From the NCBI GenBank assembly GCA_041687695.1, contig JAWLBL010000036.1, positions 1-64,000 of the forward strand: a stretch of DNA of 64,000 bases, written 5' to 3'. This document shows positions 8,669 to 19,969 of this stretch, piece after piece; within the stretch, counting starts at the first letter, position 1, and each line of letters begins with the position of its first letter. The position numbers and the translations under genes were made by a program. The stretch comes from Myxococcota bacterium. GTDB lineage: Bacteria > Myxococcota_A > UBA9042 > PHBI01 > JAWLBL01. The notes under the pieces were generated by a model, which had not been told where the DNA came from, did not search any database, and worked only from the letters and a program-made list of their open reading frames with translations.

Positions 8669-10759
8669 ATGACAGACCAGCACTCGAAACGGGATCCCGA
8701 CCGCGTCGCAGCTCATGCACGTCATGATCAGCCAGTGCCACCGCGCAGCGCAGGCTACTCGCTCGGCCTCGAGCACAAGATCCTGCAACTGCGAGAGGCG
8801 CTATGGGCGTATCCCGGGTTCCCGGAGGTCATGGCGAGGCTCGAGGCCAAGGCTGCTGCGAACGACCCGATGGACGGCGCTACGCAGAGCCACGACCCTC
8901 CGGTCGGGGAGTCCGTTCAACTCAAAGCGGCTGGGCGCAGGGATCAGGACATTCACGCAACTGCGTCGTACGGCGTCTCCGATGGCGGCGGACGATTGCC
9001 CCACCTCGATCGCATCCAGTCAGCTTTCGGGCATCACGACGTCAGCGGCATCCAGGCCCACATCGGTGGGCGCGCCGCGCAGGCTTCCGAGGCCATCGGA
9101 GCCCAAGCATACGCGACGGGCGCACATGTAGCCTTCCGTTCGGCCCCGGACTTGCACACCGCCGCACATGAGGCGGCCCATGTCGTCCAGCAGAGGCAAG
9201 GGGTGCACCTGAGCGGAGGCGTAGGCCAGGCAGGTGACCGCTACGAACAGCACGCCGACGCCGTCGCTGATCGGGTCTTGCAAGGAGAGTCCGCATCCGA
9301 ACTTCTGGACTCTGTCGCTGGCGGGAAGTTGGGCTCTCAGGGAGCAGCCATCCAACTCGAGGAAGACGAGTGCCCGAATCCGGTGAGCGTTGTGGTAGCG
9401 ACTTCCACGGTTCGGAAGTACATCCGGGAGGCTCGGAACGCTATCGCCGCTGGTGGAAGGGCCGTTGAATTGCTTAGAGATTACGTCGAGATAGCTGCCT
9501 CATACGCCGCCGGTGTGATGACCCAGGAACAACTAGCTCAAGCCGGCCATCGCGAGCTGGCTGCTGCCCTCGCTTCCGAGAAGCGGGATGCGCTGATTGG
9601 ACAGTTCACAAGTCTGGCGCTATGCCTCCCGTCGGGCATCTCCGCATTGACTGCGGCAGTCAAGGCCATTCGTTCACAGACGATGGCTGCAGCATTGCGC
9701 CAGGCGCGAACCGCACTCGCGACGACGGGCGGTCTCGAAGGAACTGCAGACCTGGGCGAAGTCGTCGTCAATGCGCGAGAGACAGCGGGAGCCGCAGGCA
9801 GCCAGTCCGGGTTCGATGACGCGGTCCTTCGCAACATACAGCGTCTCGATGCGCGCCTGAGCTTTACCGAGGGGGTCTTGAAAGCTCTCATCCTGCACAG
9901 CATCCAAGGACAGGTAAACATCTTGAGAGATAGCCTGTTCGCGATCGTCCCAACGAATTTTTTGGCCGTCCAGGAGGCCGTTGATTCAGCGAACACCTGC
10001 AACGCATATACGGGTGCTCAGTTTGATGAACTGGCAGCCGAGCAGGCACAGGTGATCGAGCAGCTGGTGTCTGTAGGAGAGGTGGCTCGGAGGTTCATGC
10101 TGTTCGCGGAGGGCTTTCGGCTAACTGGCGCCTCTGGCGATCTGGCGCAGTCCAATGCCGGGAGCAATCCGAACCGCGACTTCTTCGACTTCTTGACCGA
10201 GTTGGACATCAAGGGCGCAACTTCGCACCTGACTGCAACCATCACCCGTGATGTCGAGGTCTCCGGCACAACAGCCCTGGGCATGATGGCGTTCGCGAAC
10301 CTGACGGTTCACCGCTGCAGCTTCGACCTGATGGGGCTCGAAGCCGCAGCGGCCAAAGCCGGGCTCGAGGTACCTGAGACGCTGCCCGCTTCGACCGATG
10401 GCGCCATCCCGCCGCAGCCCGGGGCCGTTCGACTCGATGCAGGAGTCGGTCGGACTCTGATTCAGTTCGCCGGAGGAGGGGTGCAGTGGCGTATGCGCTT
10501 CATCTTCGAAGGGACACCCGTGGTGATTCCCCTCTTCCCGGACTCCGATTGGTACCTGTCGGGGGACTTTCTGGCTCTCGCTCGAAGCCGACTTGCTTCC
10601 AGTTGGGGGACGTATCCGAACGCCCATCGTTGGCACCTCTACGACGCACGACAGGGGCGAGCGCTCGTCGTCGACACGCGTCGGCATACAATTTCGGCAT
10701 ACCCCGATGAGGGCGGAGAGCCTCCTGGATTGAACCCTGATGAGGCTGTGGCGAAGTGA
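8669..10759 (+). CDS. DUF4157 (eCIS core, HExxH) domain protein with an unknown C-terminal region
   Basis: [22 protein letters not shown]...[13 protein letters not shown]...[14 protein letters not shown]...[10 protein letters not shown]; visibly lower GC than flanks. Confidence 0.85.
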   Translation: MTDQHSKRDPDRVAAHARHDQPVPPRSAGYSLGLEHKILQLREALWAYPGFPEVMARLEAKAAANDPMDGATQSHDPPVGESVQLKAAGRRDQDIHATASYGVSDGGGRLPHLDRIQSAFGHHDVSGIQAHIGGRAAQASEAIGAQAYATGAHVAFRSAPDLHTAAHEAAHVVQQRQGVHLSGGVGQAGDRYEQHADAVADRVLQGESASELLDSVAGGKLGSQGAAIQLEEDECPNPVSVVVATSTVRKYIREARNAIAAGGRAVELLRDYVEIAASYAAGVMTQEQLAQAGHRELAAALASEKRDALIGQFTSLALCLPSGISALTAAVKAIRSQTMAAALRQARTALATTGGLEGTADLGEVVVNARETAGAAGSQSGFDDAVLRNIQRLDARLSFTEGVLKALILHSIQGQVNILRDSLFAIVPTNFLAVQEAVDSANTCNAYTGAQFDELAAEQAQVIEQLVSVGEVARRFMLFAEGFRLTGASGDLAQSNAGSNPNRDFFDFLTELDIKGATSHLTATITRDVEVSGTTALGMMAFANLTVHRCSFDLMGLEAAAAKAGLEVPETLPASTDGAIPPQPGAVRLDAGVGRTLIQFAGGGVQWRMRFIFEGTPVVIPLFPDSDWYLSGDFLALARSRLASSWGTYPNAHRWHLYDARQGRALVVDTRRHTISAYPDEGGEPPGLNPDEAVAK

Positions 10760-11562
10760 ACTCCGAGAATTTGGTTTGGGACGCGACCGTTGCCGACAAA
10801 GCACCACATCGGACCCGTCGCTCGGCTGTGTTGCTCAACTTGCTGACCCTGATTGTGGGTTCGGTGGCGCTCGCGCGAACGGCCGCGAGCACGGATCGGT
10901 TGCAGGTTGTGAATGCCGATGGAGGCGGTCGTGGCGAGCTGTCGGTCGATGCCAGGTCGGTGCAGCTCGTGCTCGAGAGCGCGAGTGGGGACTCGGCCGT
11001 GCAGGTCGTCGTGCGTGAGGGCGGCGGGGTTCACGTGTTCGTGGGAGGCGAAGGCGCGCCCTTCATCGGCGTCGGGGCCCATCGCGGGATCAACACCATG
11101 GTCGTGGCGGTCGACGGCGGCGGGGGCGCCGGGCTGATGATGTCGCACCTCATCTCGACCCTCTCGTTGAAGAGCGCGTCCGATACTCTGACCTCGCTCA
11201 TTGTCGCGCCCGAAGCGGCTCAACTCAAGCTGAATGGCTCCGTCGGGCCTGACGATCTCGGCATGAGTCTCCAGGTCGCCGAGGACCGGGCGGGGCTGGA
11301 GTCGCTCGGCCGGGATAGCGCGTCGTTGATTGTGAACGACGGGGCGAGTGAACTCGGCCTCGGCCGCGGGACGACCGCTGGCAGCTTGTCGGTCACTGAC
11401 CGCTGTTCGGTGCTCATGGCGATTCGCCAGCCCATTGATGCGGTGCGACGCCTTCTCCTCATCGATGACCCGACCGAGCAGAGCGTTCTGCCAGACGACA
11501 CCCTGATCGGGGAGCGGCCGCGCTCCGAGTTGCCGAACCGTTCCGCAGTGGAGCCGCCATGA
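10756..11562 (+). CDS. hypothetical membrane-anchored beta-rich protein
   Basis: GTGA overlap with DUF4157 stop; one N-terminal hydrophobic segment followed by short alternating beta-strand repeats. Confidence 0.6.
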   Translation: MNSENLVWDATVADKAPHRTRRSAVLLNLLTLIVGSVALARTAASTDRLQVVNADGGGRGELSVDARSVQLVLESASGDSAVQVVVREGGGVHVFVGGEGAPFIGVGAHRGINTMVVAVDGGGGAGLMMSHLISTLSLKSASDTLTSLIVAPEAAQLKLNGSVGPDDLGMSLQVAEDRAGLESLGRDSASLIVNDGASELGLGRGTTAGSLSVTDRCSVLMAIRQPIDAVRRLLLIDDPTEQSVLPDDTLIGERPRSELPNRSAVEPP

Positions 11563-12356
11563 ACGCATCTCCCTCAGCTTCGGACTCCGATGTGCGTGCG
11601 CAGCTGGCCCGAAAGGAAGGCCGCTCCGGCTTTCCCTGGCTCAGCCTGTTGGGTCTGGCCATCGCTATCGTAGCGCTCGTCCGCGCGTTCGACGAAGCAC
11701 GCCCTCTACGCGTGACCGACGGCAATGGGATCATCCGCGCCTCACTCCAGGTCGAGGACGCGACCGTCGCGCTCGTCTTGCGTGACGGCTCCGGAAAGGT
11801 CCGCGCGCGCCTTGCCGTGGACGAGGCCGGACCAGCGCAGCTCAGCTTGTTGGGAGAAGACGGCGCCGACGAAGTGAGCCTCTCGACGGCCTCAGGACGG
11901 GCCAGTCTGCGAGTCGTCTCGGCCGAAAACACGCTAGAGATCCAGGCGACCGAGTCCGGCTCGCACCTTCGAGTGTCCAGCGAGAGCACGAGCGCCGTCG
12001 TGGCCAGCAGTCCGTTGGTCAGTCAGGTCATTCTGACGGGGCCGGGACAGCGGGATGAGCCCTCCAGGCTGACCCTCGAGTCCGTGTCCCAGGGCACCAG
12101 ACTCGACATGTCGGTCGGGGGCGATTCCGCTGCCTTGTCGGTCAGCCCCGAACGGTCGCAACTCAGCCTCGGCAATGGGCAGCGGTCAGCGCGCCTGTTC
12201 ACCGAGCCCGCTGGCTCCGTTCTTCGCTTCGAAAGCCCAGTGCCCGACCTCGACAATCAGGTCGTCCTGACAACCCGGCCGGGCGAGCGCTCGCGCCTGC
12301 CGCGGACGACGCATCTGGGTGAAAGCTCCGTAAGCAGAACGCCAGCGACGCCTTGA
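11559..12356 (+). CDS. hypothetical membrane-anchored beta-rich protein (likely paralogue of the previous gene)
   Basis: ATGA overlap; TM segment then LRVTDGNGIIRASL / LVLRDGSGKVRARL repeats, similar to [14 protein letters not shown] upstream; similar GERxRLP-type C-terminal tail. Confidence 0.65.
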   Translation: MNASPSASDSDVRAQLARKEGRSGFPWLSLLGLAIAIVALVRAFDEARPLRVTDGNGIIRASLQVEDATVALVLRDGSGKVRARLAVDEAGPAQLSLLGEDGADEVSLSTASGRASLRVVSAENTLEIQATESGSHLRVSSESTSAVVASSPLVSQVILTGPGQRDEPSRLTLESVSQGTRLDMSVGGDSAALSVSPERSQLSLGNGQRSARLFTEPAGSVLRFESPVPDLDNQVVLTTRPGERSRLPRTTHLGESSVSRTPATP

Positions 12357-12444
12357 CGACGAGGCCAAGGCCGCCGCTCATCGCATTGGACGCCAAACCG
12401 TCGGGTATGGACAAGCGCTCCCCTACGGCGCATCTGACGGCGCC

Positions 12445-14970
12445 TCAGCGCGGATCGGTGTCGAGGCCGAGGGGCTCGACGGCGTAGATCTCGGCGGCGG
12501 CGGTGCCGAAGTACAGGACGCCGTCCTCTTCCGCGACAGGGCCGACCGGGCTGGCCAGGGTGATGGACCAGCGGGTGGCGCCGGTGTCGGGGGCCAGCAG
12601 GTGGACCTCGCGGCCGGTCGAGACGGCCGCGCCGCGCGAGGTGGTCGTCACTTCGGCGCCGGCCGGGAAGTCGCGGGTCCACAGCGAGGCTCCGGACTTG
12701 GCGTTCAGGGCGTGCAGTCGCGCGCCGCCGCCGGGGAGTCCGGTCGTCGCGTAGACCACATCGCCGCCGATATGGGCCGGCGAGGCGCACGTCCCTTCGG
12801 CCGGCGACGTCCAGGCGACCGAACCGTCGCGAATGCGCCGCGCCACGAACCCTCCCTCGCGGGCGCTGAAGTAGGTGAACAGCGTCTCGTGCTCTGCGAA
12901 GGCGCAGGGGCACTCGTCGTCGGCCGCCTCGCGTCCCACCTTGGCGAGCGCCTCGGGCTCGGCGTCTTCCGAGACCGGATGCACGCCGAAATACAAGTGC
13001 TCCTTGCCGGCGTGCACGCAATCGGGCGCCGTCATGTCGACGTATGTGCTCGCGCCGCTGCCCGCGCTGACCAGATGCAGCTGGTCGGCCTCGGGCCCGA
13101 GCCCGCGCTCCTTGCCCAGGAACATGCCCTGGCTGACCTGGCCGCCATCGGTCACACCGAAGCGCACCCTCGCCGGAGCCCGCCAACGCACCTTCCCCGT
13201 CTTCAGGTCGATGGCGCGACCGTCGACCAGCACGAGCCCCGCCCACTCGAGCATCTGCGGCGAGGCCCGTCCCGCGTCCAGCCACCGCCTGGCCCCGTCC
13301 TCGAGCGACAGCGCGACCACCGCCCGCTCGCCCGGCAACACGACCGCATCGCCGTCCACCAGGGGACGCCGCGCCGCGTTCCCCACCGCCTGCGGATAGC
13401 GCCAGGCCCAGCGCACCCGCGCCTGAAGTCCGAGCTCGGGATGACGCTCGCGCGGCGCAGCCAACGACGCCGTGCGCGGCCGCGAAACGTCGGCCCGCAT
13501 CAACCGCTTACGCGCACCGCCGACGCCCGCATACACTTCGGTCCCCGCCACCGCCCTCCGCAGCGCGACAGGCAGCTCGTGCCGCCACAGCACGTCCCCG
13601 GTGCGCCGGTCGAGGACCCTCGCCGACGTCCCCCCCAGCGCGAGCACCCCCTGGTCGATGGGGTACACTTCCGAGACGGGGTCGTCGCCGCCTCTCGCGC
13701 GCCAACGCAGCTTCCCGGTCGCCCGCTCCAGGGCGTAGACCCCCTCGTCCTCGAGACCATAGATCGCATACACCAGCTCGACGTCCCCGGCCGGACGCTC
13801 CTTGGCGTGACAAGCGTAGAAGGGACCCGCCGCTCCTGGCCACTCCTCTCTGGGCTCGCCGCCGGCGACCTCCCAGGACCACTTCTCGCCGAGGTCCGCG
13901 CCCAACAGCCGCACGCCGCGCCCGTCCTGCACTACCACCCCGGCCGCCGTCACCTCGACCGCGCACGGCTGGCCGAAGGGCGACCTGTCGTTCGGAAGAG
14001 GCGACTTCATCCCCGCGAGATACGCGTCCCACTCCCTCTGCAGCGCCTCGCCGTCCATCTCCGCCGCGATCGGCCGCTCGCCCAGCAGGAACCGCTCACC
14101 CAACCGGCCCAGCTGGGCCACCTCGAAGATCGGCTCGTACTCGGGCCCCACCGTCTGGCTGCGCGAGAGAACCTCACCCGACCGGCCGTCCAGCAAGGCC
14201 AGCCCGTAGACGGCCAGCTTGCCCCGCTTCCGGTACAGCACCGCGACGTGCCGCTCGTTGGCCGCGAACGCCTCGACCGCCCCGCCGACCCCTTCGGCCC
14301 GCCACAGCTCACGCCCGTCGGTGGCCGCAAGCGCTCGCGGCTCGCCTCCCACCAGCACCAGGTCCCCCGCGACGCCTCGCAGCCACTCGTCCTTGCCCAG
14401 CTTCTGCGCCCACACACGCTCCCCGGTCACGCGCGAACGCGCCTCGAGCGTGCCCTCGACCAGCAAATGGACGTGCTCGCGTCCGACCGCCACGGCAGCC
14501 GCGTATTTCGCCAGCTCGGCCTCCCACACCACCGGCCCGCCCAGCGCCTCACCCGCCGCCAACGGCGCGAGCCCCGGGCCGTCCCCGCTGCCCTTCTCCC
14601 CTCCCTCCGACCGCGGCGCGGGCGGCAGCCTCTCCACCATGACGGCCGTCTCGGCAGACTCGCCCGCCGCCTTCACCGCCGCCTCCGCCGCAGCGCCCTC
14701 GCCCGCCGCCTTCGCCGGCGCCTCCGGCGCAGCGCCCGCCCCCGTCCCCGCGTCCGCCTCGACCGCCGCTTGCTTCTCGGGCCGAGCCTCGCCCTCCTCC
14801 GCAGCCGCCCCGTCCGGCTCCCCGGCACCCGCAGCTTCCGCGCCGCTGCCCTGCGTCGCCCCGGGGCCCGGCACAGCAACCTGATCGACCGCCCCGCCCG
14901 GCCCCTCGGCCTTGCCGCCGCACCCGCCCAACACCAGGCCCAATACCGCGAACCAGCCCGTCCAACGCAT
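12445..14970 (-). CDS. PQQ-like beta-propeller repeat lipoprotein (BamB-like repeats)
   Basis: Lipobox LGGC; many ALD..TG...W repeats (ALERATGKLRW, ALNAKSGASLW, IDLKTGKVRW). Confidence 0.85.
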   Translation of the reverse strand: MRWTGWFAVLGLVLGGCGGKAEGPGGAVDQVAVPGPGATQGSGAEAAGAGEPDGAAAEEGEARPEKQAAVEADAGTGAGAAPEAPAKAAGEGAAAEAAVKAAGESAETAVMVERLPPAPRSEGGEKGSGDGPGLAPLAAGEALGGPVVWEAELAKYAAAVAVGREHVHLLVEGTLEARSRVTGERVWAQKLGKDEWLRGVAGDLVLVGGEPRALAATDGRELWRAEGVGGAVEAFAANERHVAVLYRKRGKLAVYGLALLDGRSGEVLSRSQTVGPEYEPIFEVAQLGRLGERFLLGERPIAAEMDGEALQREWDAYLAGMKSPLPNDRSPFGQPCAVEVTAAGVVVQDGRGVRLLGADLGEKWSWEVAGGEPREEWPGAAGPFYACHAKERPAGDVELVYAIYGLEDEGVYALERATGKLRWRARGGDDPVSEVYPIDQGVLALGGTSARVLDRRTGDVLWRHELPVALRRAVAGTEVYAGVGGARKRLMRADVSRPRTASLAAPRERHPELGLQARVRWAWRYPQAVGNAARRPLVDGDAVVLPGERAVVALSLEDGARRWLDAGRASPQMLEWAGLVLVDGRAIDLKTGKVRWRAPARVRFGVTDGGQVSQGMFLGKERGLGPEADQLHLVSAGSGASTYVDMTAPDCVHAGKEHLYFGVHPVSEDAEPEALAKVGREAADDECPCAFAEHETLFTYFSAREGGFVARRIRDGSVAWTSPAEGTCASPAHIGGDVVYATTGLPGGGARLHALNAKSGASLWTRDFPAGAEVTTTSRGAAVSTGREVHLLAPDTGATRWSITLASPVGPVAEEDGVLYFGTAAAEIYAVEPLGLDTDPR

Positions 14971-15162
14971 CCGACACCTCCGCCTCGAGCCGCCTCATAC
15001 AGCGGCCCCGTCTCGTCCGCAACGGCACCACGCCCGACTGAATGGCCGTACCTACGCCCGCTCACGTAACCGCGACGCAACGCGGGCGTCCCTTCGTCGC
15101 GTCGCCGCCGAAATTCGGGCTGTCAATCACGCCACGCCGGCGCCGAGCGGAGGCGTCGAGGC

Positions 15163-15702
15163 TCAGCGCGTCAGCATGTTCTGGAGGGCGAGGACTGTCT
15201 TGTAGTTGCGCGAGGTAGTCGGGGAGCCGACGGCGCGCTCGAGGAGGGCCGGGGTGAGCTTGGTCTTGCCGGCGCCGGCGGGGTAGTGGATCCACAGGGC
15301 GCCGTCGGCGGCGGCGATCTGTTCGCCGTGGCCGGCGCGCTCGGTCAGGAGGGCGGCGGCGTCGGGGGCCGGTGGGGCCTTCGAGAGCACGAGCATGAGG
15401 CGGTCGGGACGGGCCGCGGCGGCATCGGGGAAGGCGGGGCGGGACGCGAAAGCGGCCCAGTCGGCGGCGCTGCGGGCCATCACGTCGATGTCCATGCCGA
15501 AGTAGCTCTTCAAGAAGAGCTCGAAATGGAAGACGAAGTCCTCGGGCGACCGGCTCGAATCGCCGACCAGATTGCCGCTCTGGATGTAGGACCGGGCGTA
15601 GGCGAGCCCGGCGTCCTCGGCGACGTTCCTGAGCTCGGCCATGGCGATCTTGCGGTGGCCGCCGACGTTGATGCCGCGCAGCAGAGCGACGAGGTTGGGC
15701 AT
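15163..15702 (-). CDS. DUF1697 domain protein
   Basis: VALLRGINVGGHRKIAMAELR, SYIQSGNLV and TSRNYKTV signatures. Confidence 0.9.
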   Translation of the reverse strand: MPNLVALLRGINVGGHRKIAMAELRNVAEDAGLAYARSYIQSGNLVGDSSRSPEDFVFHFELFLKSYFGMDIDVMARSAADWAAFASRPAFPDAAAARPDRLMLVLSKAPPAPDAAALLTERAGHGEQIAAADGALWIHYPAGAGKTKLTPALLERAVGSPTTSRNYKTVLALQNMLTR

Positions 15703-15740
15703 GGTGGGTCTCCACGAAGGCTGAAGCGGCAGAGGCGAGG

Positions 15741-17906
15741 TCAGGCCGAGGCGAGGGACTCGGCTTGCTGGGCCCGAGCGGGCGGAGGCTGGTCTCGCCA
15801 CTCGGTGGCGATGGCGTCGTTGAGGCGCAGGATGGCGCCGAGGCCCTTGTCGGTGAGGCGGTCGAGGCGGGCGCCGACCTGCTGGAGCTGCTCGAGCAGC
15901 GACTGGAGCCACTCGGGGGTCGGGCGGCCCAGGTGGCGGGCGCTGTCGACGAGCGGCTCGCGCAGGAGGAACGGAGCGAGCGGACCGGGGTCGACGTTGG
16001 CCAGCGCCGGGATGTGAATCGCGGCGGCGGCCTCGAGCACCTGGCCGAGGGCGTCGCGCGCGCCATTGAGGGTGGACATGAGCCGCTCGGACTGCTCCTC
16101 GTCGAGCTCGCCTTCGATGCTCGCCAGGGCTTGGTTCGCCGAGGTCCAGGCCTTGGTGATGTCTTCCAGCAGCTTCTGGGCGGCCGCCTGGAAGCGCAGG
16201 CGCTGGTCGAGCTCGGTGAGCAGAGCCGGGTCGCCCAGGGAGGCCGCCAATCGCAGATGGAGCTCGACCAACTCGCGGTCGTGGCGCTTCAGCCAGGCCT
16301 CGGTTTCGTCGAGGTCCCGGCCGAGCTGCTCGAAGAGCTGCTCGAGGTGCTCGGGAGGGTGGGACTCGCCGCGGAAGCGCACGGCGCGCGGTGTTGCCTC
16401 CCCGGAGACCTGCCGGACCAGCTCGTCTCGTTCGGCGAGCAGCGCCTCGCGGCGAGCGGCCTCGGCGGCGAAGGCCTCGCCATAGAGCGCCTCGAGACGC
16501 TTGGCGAGCACGTCATTGGCGGAGGGCTGCGAGGCCAGCTCGGCGAGCGCGCCGTCCAGGTCGGCGAGGTACAGCACCCGGCTCTCGTAGATGCCGCGGT
16601 ACCGGGGGTCGTGCATCGTGTCGGCCCGCTCGCCCTCGATGAAGCGATGCACGTCCTGGGCCGGCGTCAGCGTCAGGCTTTCGCCGCCGTGCGCGGCCTC
16701 GAAGTGGCGGCGGGTCACGGCGCGCCGGAGCGCGTCCGGATTCGAGAAGAGGAGCCAGGCGGAGCGGTCGTCGAGGGGGGCCCGGAGGTAGGTTGCCTTG
16801 GCGTTGGCCTCGCGCTCGGCGGCCGGCGGGTGTGACGCCCACATGCTGGGGGTGGCCGTGTCGTCGGCCGGGAACACGCGCGTCGTGAGGGTGGGATCGT
16901 CGGGCAACGGGGGCGGCACGCCGAAGGAGGGGTCCTTGGCGCGGTGGCGGACGATGTCCACCGCCCGGCTCTGGTGGAAGAAGAGGTCGTCGGTGTGGAG
17001 CCCGTGATCCCTGGCCGCCGCGAGGTCGCGCAAGGTCTGCGTCATGCAGGCGTCGGCGAGCCGGAGCTTGAGGAGCGCGTGGCACAGCGCGTCGCTGCCG
17101 GTCGTCCGGACCGCCATGCGGTCGGCGGCGAACTCCATCTGGCGTGAGAGGGCCGCGTGGGCGAGGTTGATGACGCGAAAGAGCAGCCCCAGGAACTGCC
17201 TGAGCACCCAGGTGACGGCCGCGACCAGCCAGCCCACCCACGCGATGCGGATGTCGAGGCGTCCAATGACCGAGACGAGCTCGTCCCATCGGTCGCGGCT
17301 CCAGATCATGTCGGCGATGACCCGGTTGGCGACGTAGACGTAGCTGCCGAGCCGCATGCTGCGCTGAGAGAAGTGGCCGAGCTCGTGGGCGAAGACCGCC
17401 TTGAGCTCGCTGAGGCCGAGGGCGTTGACGACGCCGAGGCCGATGAGGAGGTTCTTGCGGACGGGGAAGAAGAGGCTCAGGAAGGAGCTGTCGTAGAAGA
17501 CGGCGGCGTTGACCTCGCTCGTGAGGTAGACGCGTTTGGGGGCGGGAGCGCCGGTCTCCTCGACCAGCCGGTCGATGAACGCGAACAGCCGCGGCTCGTC
17601 GGCCCGGGTGACCTCGAGGAAGGTCGAGCGGTCGAGCCGCTGTCGCTTGAAGAGGACCTTGACGAAGAAGAGCAGCAGCAAGGCGCCTACGACGACTCCC
17701 CAGAAGTGGCCCGAACGCTGCGAGCTGCGCTCGAGGCTGTAGTCGATGAGGAAGGCGGCGCCGCCGATGAGGGCGGCGTAGACCGCGAGGAACACCAGGA
17801 TGCTGGCGAACGTGAGCGCAACCCGGCGCCGGTAGGCCGGCGTCGGTCGGGTCAGGTCCTCGGGCACGACCGCCGGCGGCGGTGGGTAGAGGTCGCTCGC
17901 GTTCAT
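15741..17906 (-). CDS. M48 (HtpX-like) zinc metallopeptidase, membrane protein
   Basis: N-terminal TM helices, EVNAAV, AHELGHF (HExxH), RQMEFAADR, SHPP motifs. Confidence 0.9.
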   Translation of the reverse strand: MNASDLYPPPPAVVPEDLTRPTPAYRRRVALTFASILVFLAVYAALIGGAAFLIDYSLERSSQRSGHFWGVVVGALLLLFFVKVLFKRQRLDRSTFLEVTRADEPRLFAFIDRLVEETGAPAPKRVYLTSEVNAAVFYDSSFLSLFFPVRKNLLIGLGVVNALGLSELKAVFAHELGHFSQRSMRLGSYVYVANRVIADMIWSRDRWDELVSVIGRLDIRIAWVGWLVAAVTWVLRQFLGLLFRVINLAHAALSRQMEFAADRMAVRTTGSDALCHALLKLRLADACMTQTLRDLAAARDHGLHTDDLFFHQSRAVDIVRHRAKDPSFGVPPPLPDDPTLTTRVFPADDTATPSMWASHPPAAEREANAKATYLRAPLDDRSAWLLFSNPDALRRAVTRRHFEAAHGGESLTLTPAQDVHRFIEGERADTMHDPRYRGIYESRVLYLADLDGALAELASQPSANDVLAKRLEALYGEAFAAEAARREALLAERDELVRQVSGEATPRAVRFRGESHPPEHLEQLFEQLGRDLDETEAWLKRHDRELVELHLRLAASLGDPALLTELDQRLRFQAAAQKLLEDITKAWTSANQALASIEGELDEEQSERLMSTLNGARDALGQVLEAAAAIHIPALANVDPGPLAPFLLREPLVDSARHLGRPTPEWLQSLLEQLQQVGARLDRLTDKGLGAILRLNDAIATEWRDQPPPARAQQAESLASA

Positions 17907-18055
17907 CACGTCTCCCGCGTGGGCTGAAAACGGACCTCAGGGTGGCACGTCAGGGCGGACGCGGCAATCGACTCGGCGCCCTGGGGGGCCACGAAGATTC
18001 ACGCGCCCGCTCACTCCGACTCGTTCGCGCCCCCTCCCGTTCCCCCAAGCCGCGC

Positions 18056-19729
18056 TCAGTCGTACTGAGGGCAAACGTGGTGGACGGTGAAGGCGGGGTC
18101 GTCCGGATGGAGGCGGGCGGGGACGAGGAAGCAGTCGCCGCAGGGGGTGGGGTAGAAGGAGGCGTCGTCGAGCAGGGGAGTCGGCGAGGCGTCGGGGGCT
18201 TCGAGGTCGTGGGCGAAGAGAGTGCCGGTCTCGAGGGGGCGGGGCGGTCGCTCGGGGCGATCGTACCAGCACTGGGCGACGGTGCCGGGGCCGCGGACGG
18301 CGAGGAGGGCGCGGCCGTCCTGGGTGAGGAGCCAGGGGGCGATGCGGGTGCCGGTGTCGTAGAGTTCGCGCGCAGCGAGGGAGCCCTGGAGGTTGGCGGC
18401 CCAGACGCGGGCGCGGTCGAGCCACATTGGGCATTCGACTGGTGTCTCGGGGCCGTGGGTCGGCTCGGCGAAGACGAAGCGAGCGCCGGCGAAGGCGCCG
18501 ATGGGGCCGACCGCTCGTGGAGGAGTGAGGGTGCGCTCGAAGGAGTCGGTGACGACCGTCCCGCGAGCCCCCACCACGGGACGCCACGAGCCGACTTCGA
18601 GGTCGTGCAGGCTGAGGTAGCCCAGGCACGCTTCGACCGGCTTGATGATGGCGACGGCGTCGTAGGCGCTGCGGCTGTGGGCCTGCCAGCTGACGACGAA
18701 GTCCTGCGCACGCTCGGAGAGGACCGAGTGATGGTCGGTCTCTCGGTCGAGGGCGTCGACCGCGAGCCCGTCGCCGTTGACGCGCGTCCACACCAGGAAG
18801 CGACCCGAGGGCGAGACGGCCAGATCGGTGATGTACCCGCTGGAGCCGTAGGAGTCGAAGGGTCCCGTGATGGGGGTCAGGGCTCCGTCGGATCCGAGGC
18901 GCCAGACGGCGCTGTAGTCGAGCTCGTCCTCGGCCACGAGGTAGAGGGCTCCTTCGTCGGGCGCGGCGCGGATGAGGGTGACGTCGAGCGGGACCTCGTG
19001 GGGGCTGGCCTGGAGGTCCCGGGAGACCCAGGTGCGCTTGTTGTGGTCCCGGAAGGTGAGCCAAGCGCCGAGGACGGCCGACTCGAGCAGGTCGGACCGC
19101 TGGAAGACCTGGGCGAAGGGGGGCGAGGTCCGGAAGCAATGGAGCGAGTGGGTCGAGGCGAAGAGCGCTTGCTGTCTGAGGCAAGCGGCGCCGTCGAGGA
19201 TGCCCATCTCGTCGAGAGGGTGGCCTGGTGCGGCGAACGGGATGGCAACATCGTCGTCGATGATGAAGGCGCCGTCGCAGGTGCGGACATGGAGGCCGCC
19301 GTCGAGGGGGCGAATCCAGCGGCCCAGTTCTTCTTGGCAGAGTGACAGACCGAGGTCGGTCGTCGACCCATCGTCGAAGCTGTACCGGAACAGGCGGCTC
19401 TTGGGTCCGGTGGGCCAGCAGCCTGGGTCGAAGTGGTCGTGCTCGCCCCCGCTGTAGTACACGAAGCGACCGTCGCCGGAGCACGCCGGACCTGGGCCCG
19501 CGCCGTCGAAGAGGGGCTGGACGCGCCACGAGAGTGCCTTGGGCATCGTATCGCTGGCGGCGTCCACTTGCATGATCGTATCGCCGGCCTCGGGCTGGCC
19601 GTCTGCGGCGGCGACGGTGTCTGCAGCGTCGACCCGAGCGTCGGCGCACGCGCTCGACAGGAGCGCCGCGCTGGCGAGGATGAGGCGCAAGGCGGCGGGG
19701 CCCGCCTTGGACACGGCGCAGCGCGTCAC
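18056..19729 (-). CDS. hypothetical lipoprotein, probable beta-propeller
   Basis: Hydrophobic signal ending LSSAC; TolB-like SGDGRFVYY and AVSPSGRFLVW; start uncertain. Confidence 0.6.
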   Translation of the reverse strand: MTRCAVSKAGPAALRLILASAALLSSACADARVDAADTVAAADGQPEAGDTIMQVDAASDTMPKALSWRVQPLFDGAGPGPACSGDGRFVYYSGGEHDHFDPGCWPTGPKSRLFRYSFDDGSTTDLGLSLCQEELGRWIRPLDGGLHVRTCDGAFIIDDDVAIPFAAPGHPLDEMGILDGAACLRQQALFASTHSLHCFRTSPPFAQVFQRSDLLESAVLGAWLTFRDHNKRTWVSRDLQASPHEVPLDVTLIRAAPDEGALYLVAEDELDYSAVWRLGSDGALTPITGPFDSYGSSGYITDLAVSPSGRFLVWTRVNGDGLAVDALDRETDHHSVLSERAQDFVVSWQAHSRSAYDAVAIIKPVEACLGYLSLHDLEVGSWRPVVGARGTVVTDSFERTLTPPRAVGPIGAFAGARFVFAEPTHGPETPVECPMWLDRARVWAANLQGSLAARELYDTGTRIAPWLLTQDGRALLAVRGPGTVAQCWYDRPERPPRPLETGTLFAHDLEAPDASPTPLLDDASFYPTPCGDCFLVPARLHPDDPAFTVHHVCPQYD

Positions 19730-19969
19730 GGGTGTGCGGCCACGTGCGGCCTTCACGGCTGGCCCTGAGCGATCGTATCGGCAGGCTGGCGGGTCATGGA
19801 TCTGATGCGCATTCGGGGTCGGTGGAGGTGACGCGGCGCGGTCGCCGGTCGACCACGCTGGATGAGTCTCGCGCTTTGAGTCGGGTGCGGTCAACGGGGA
19901 CCGGTGGAGGGAGAAGCGAGGTGCGACTGGCACGGCGGAGACAGGGGCATGGGTCGGGGTCGCGGTGGT

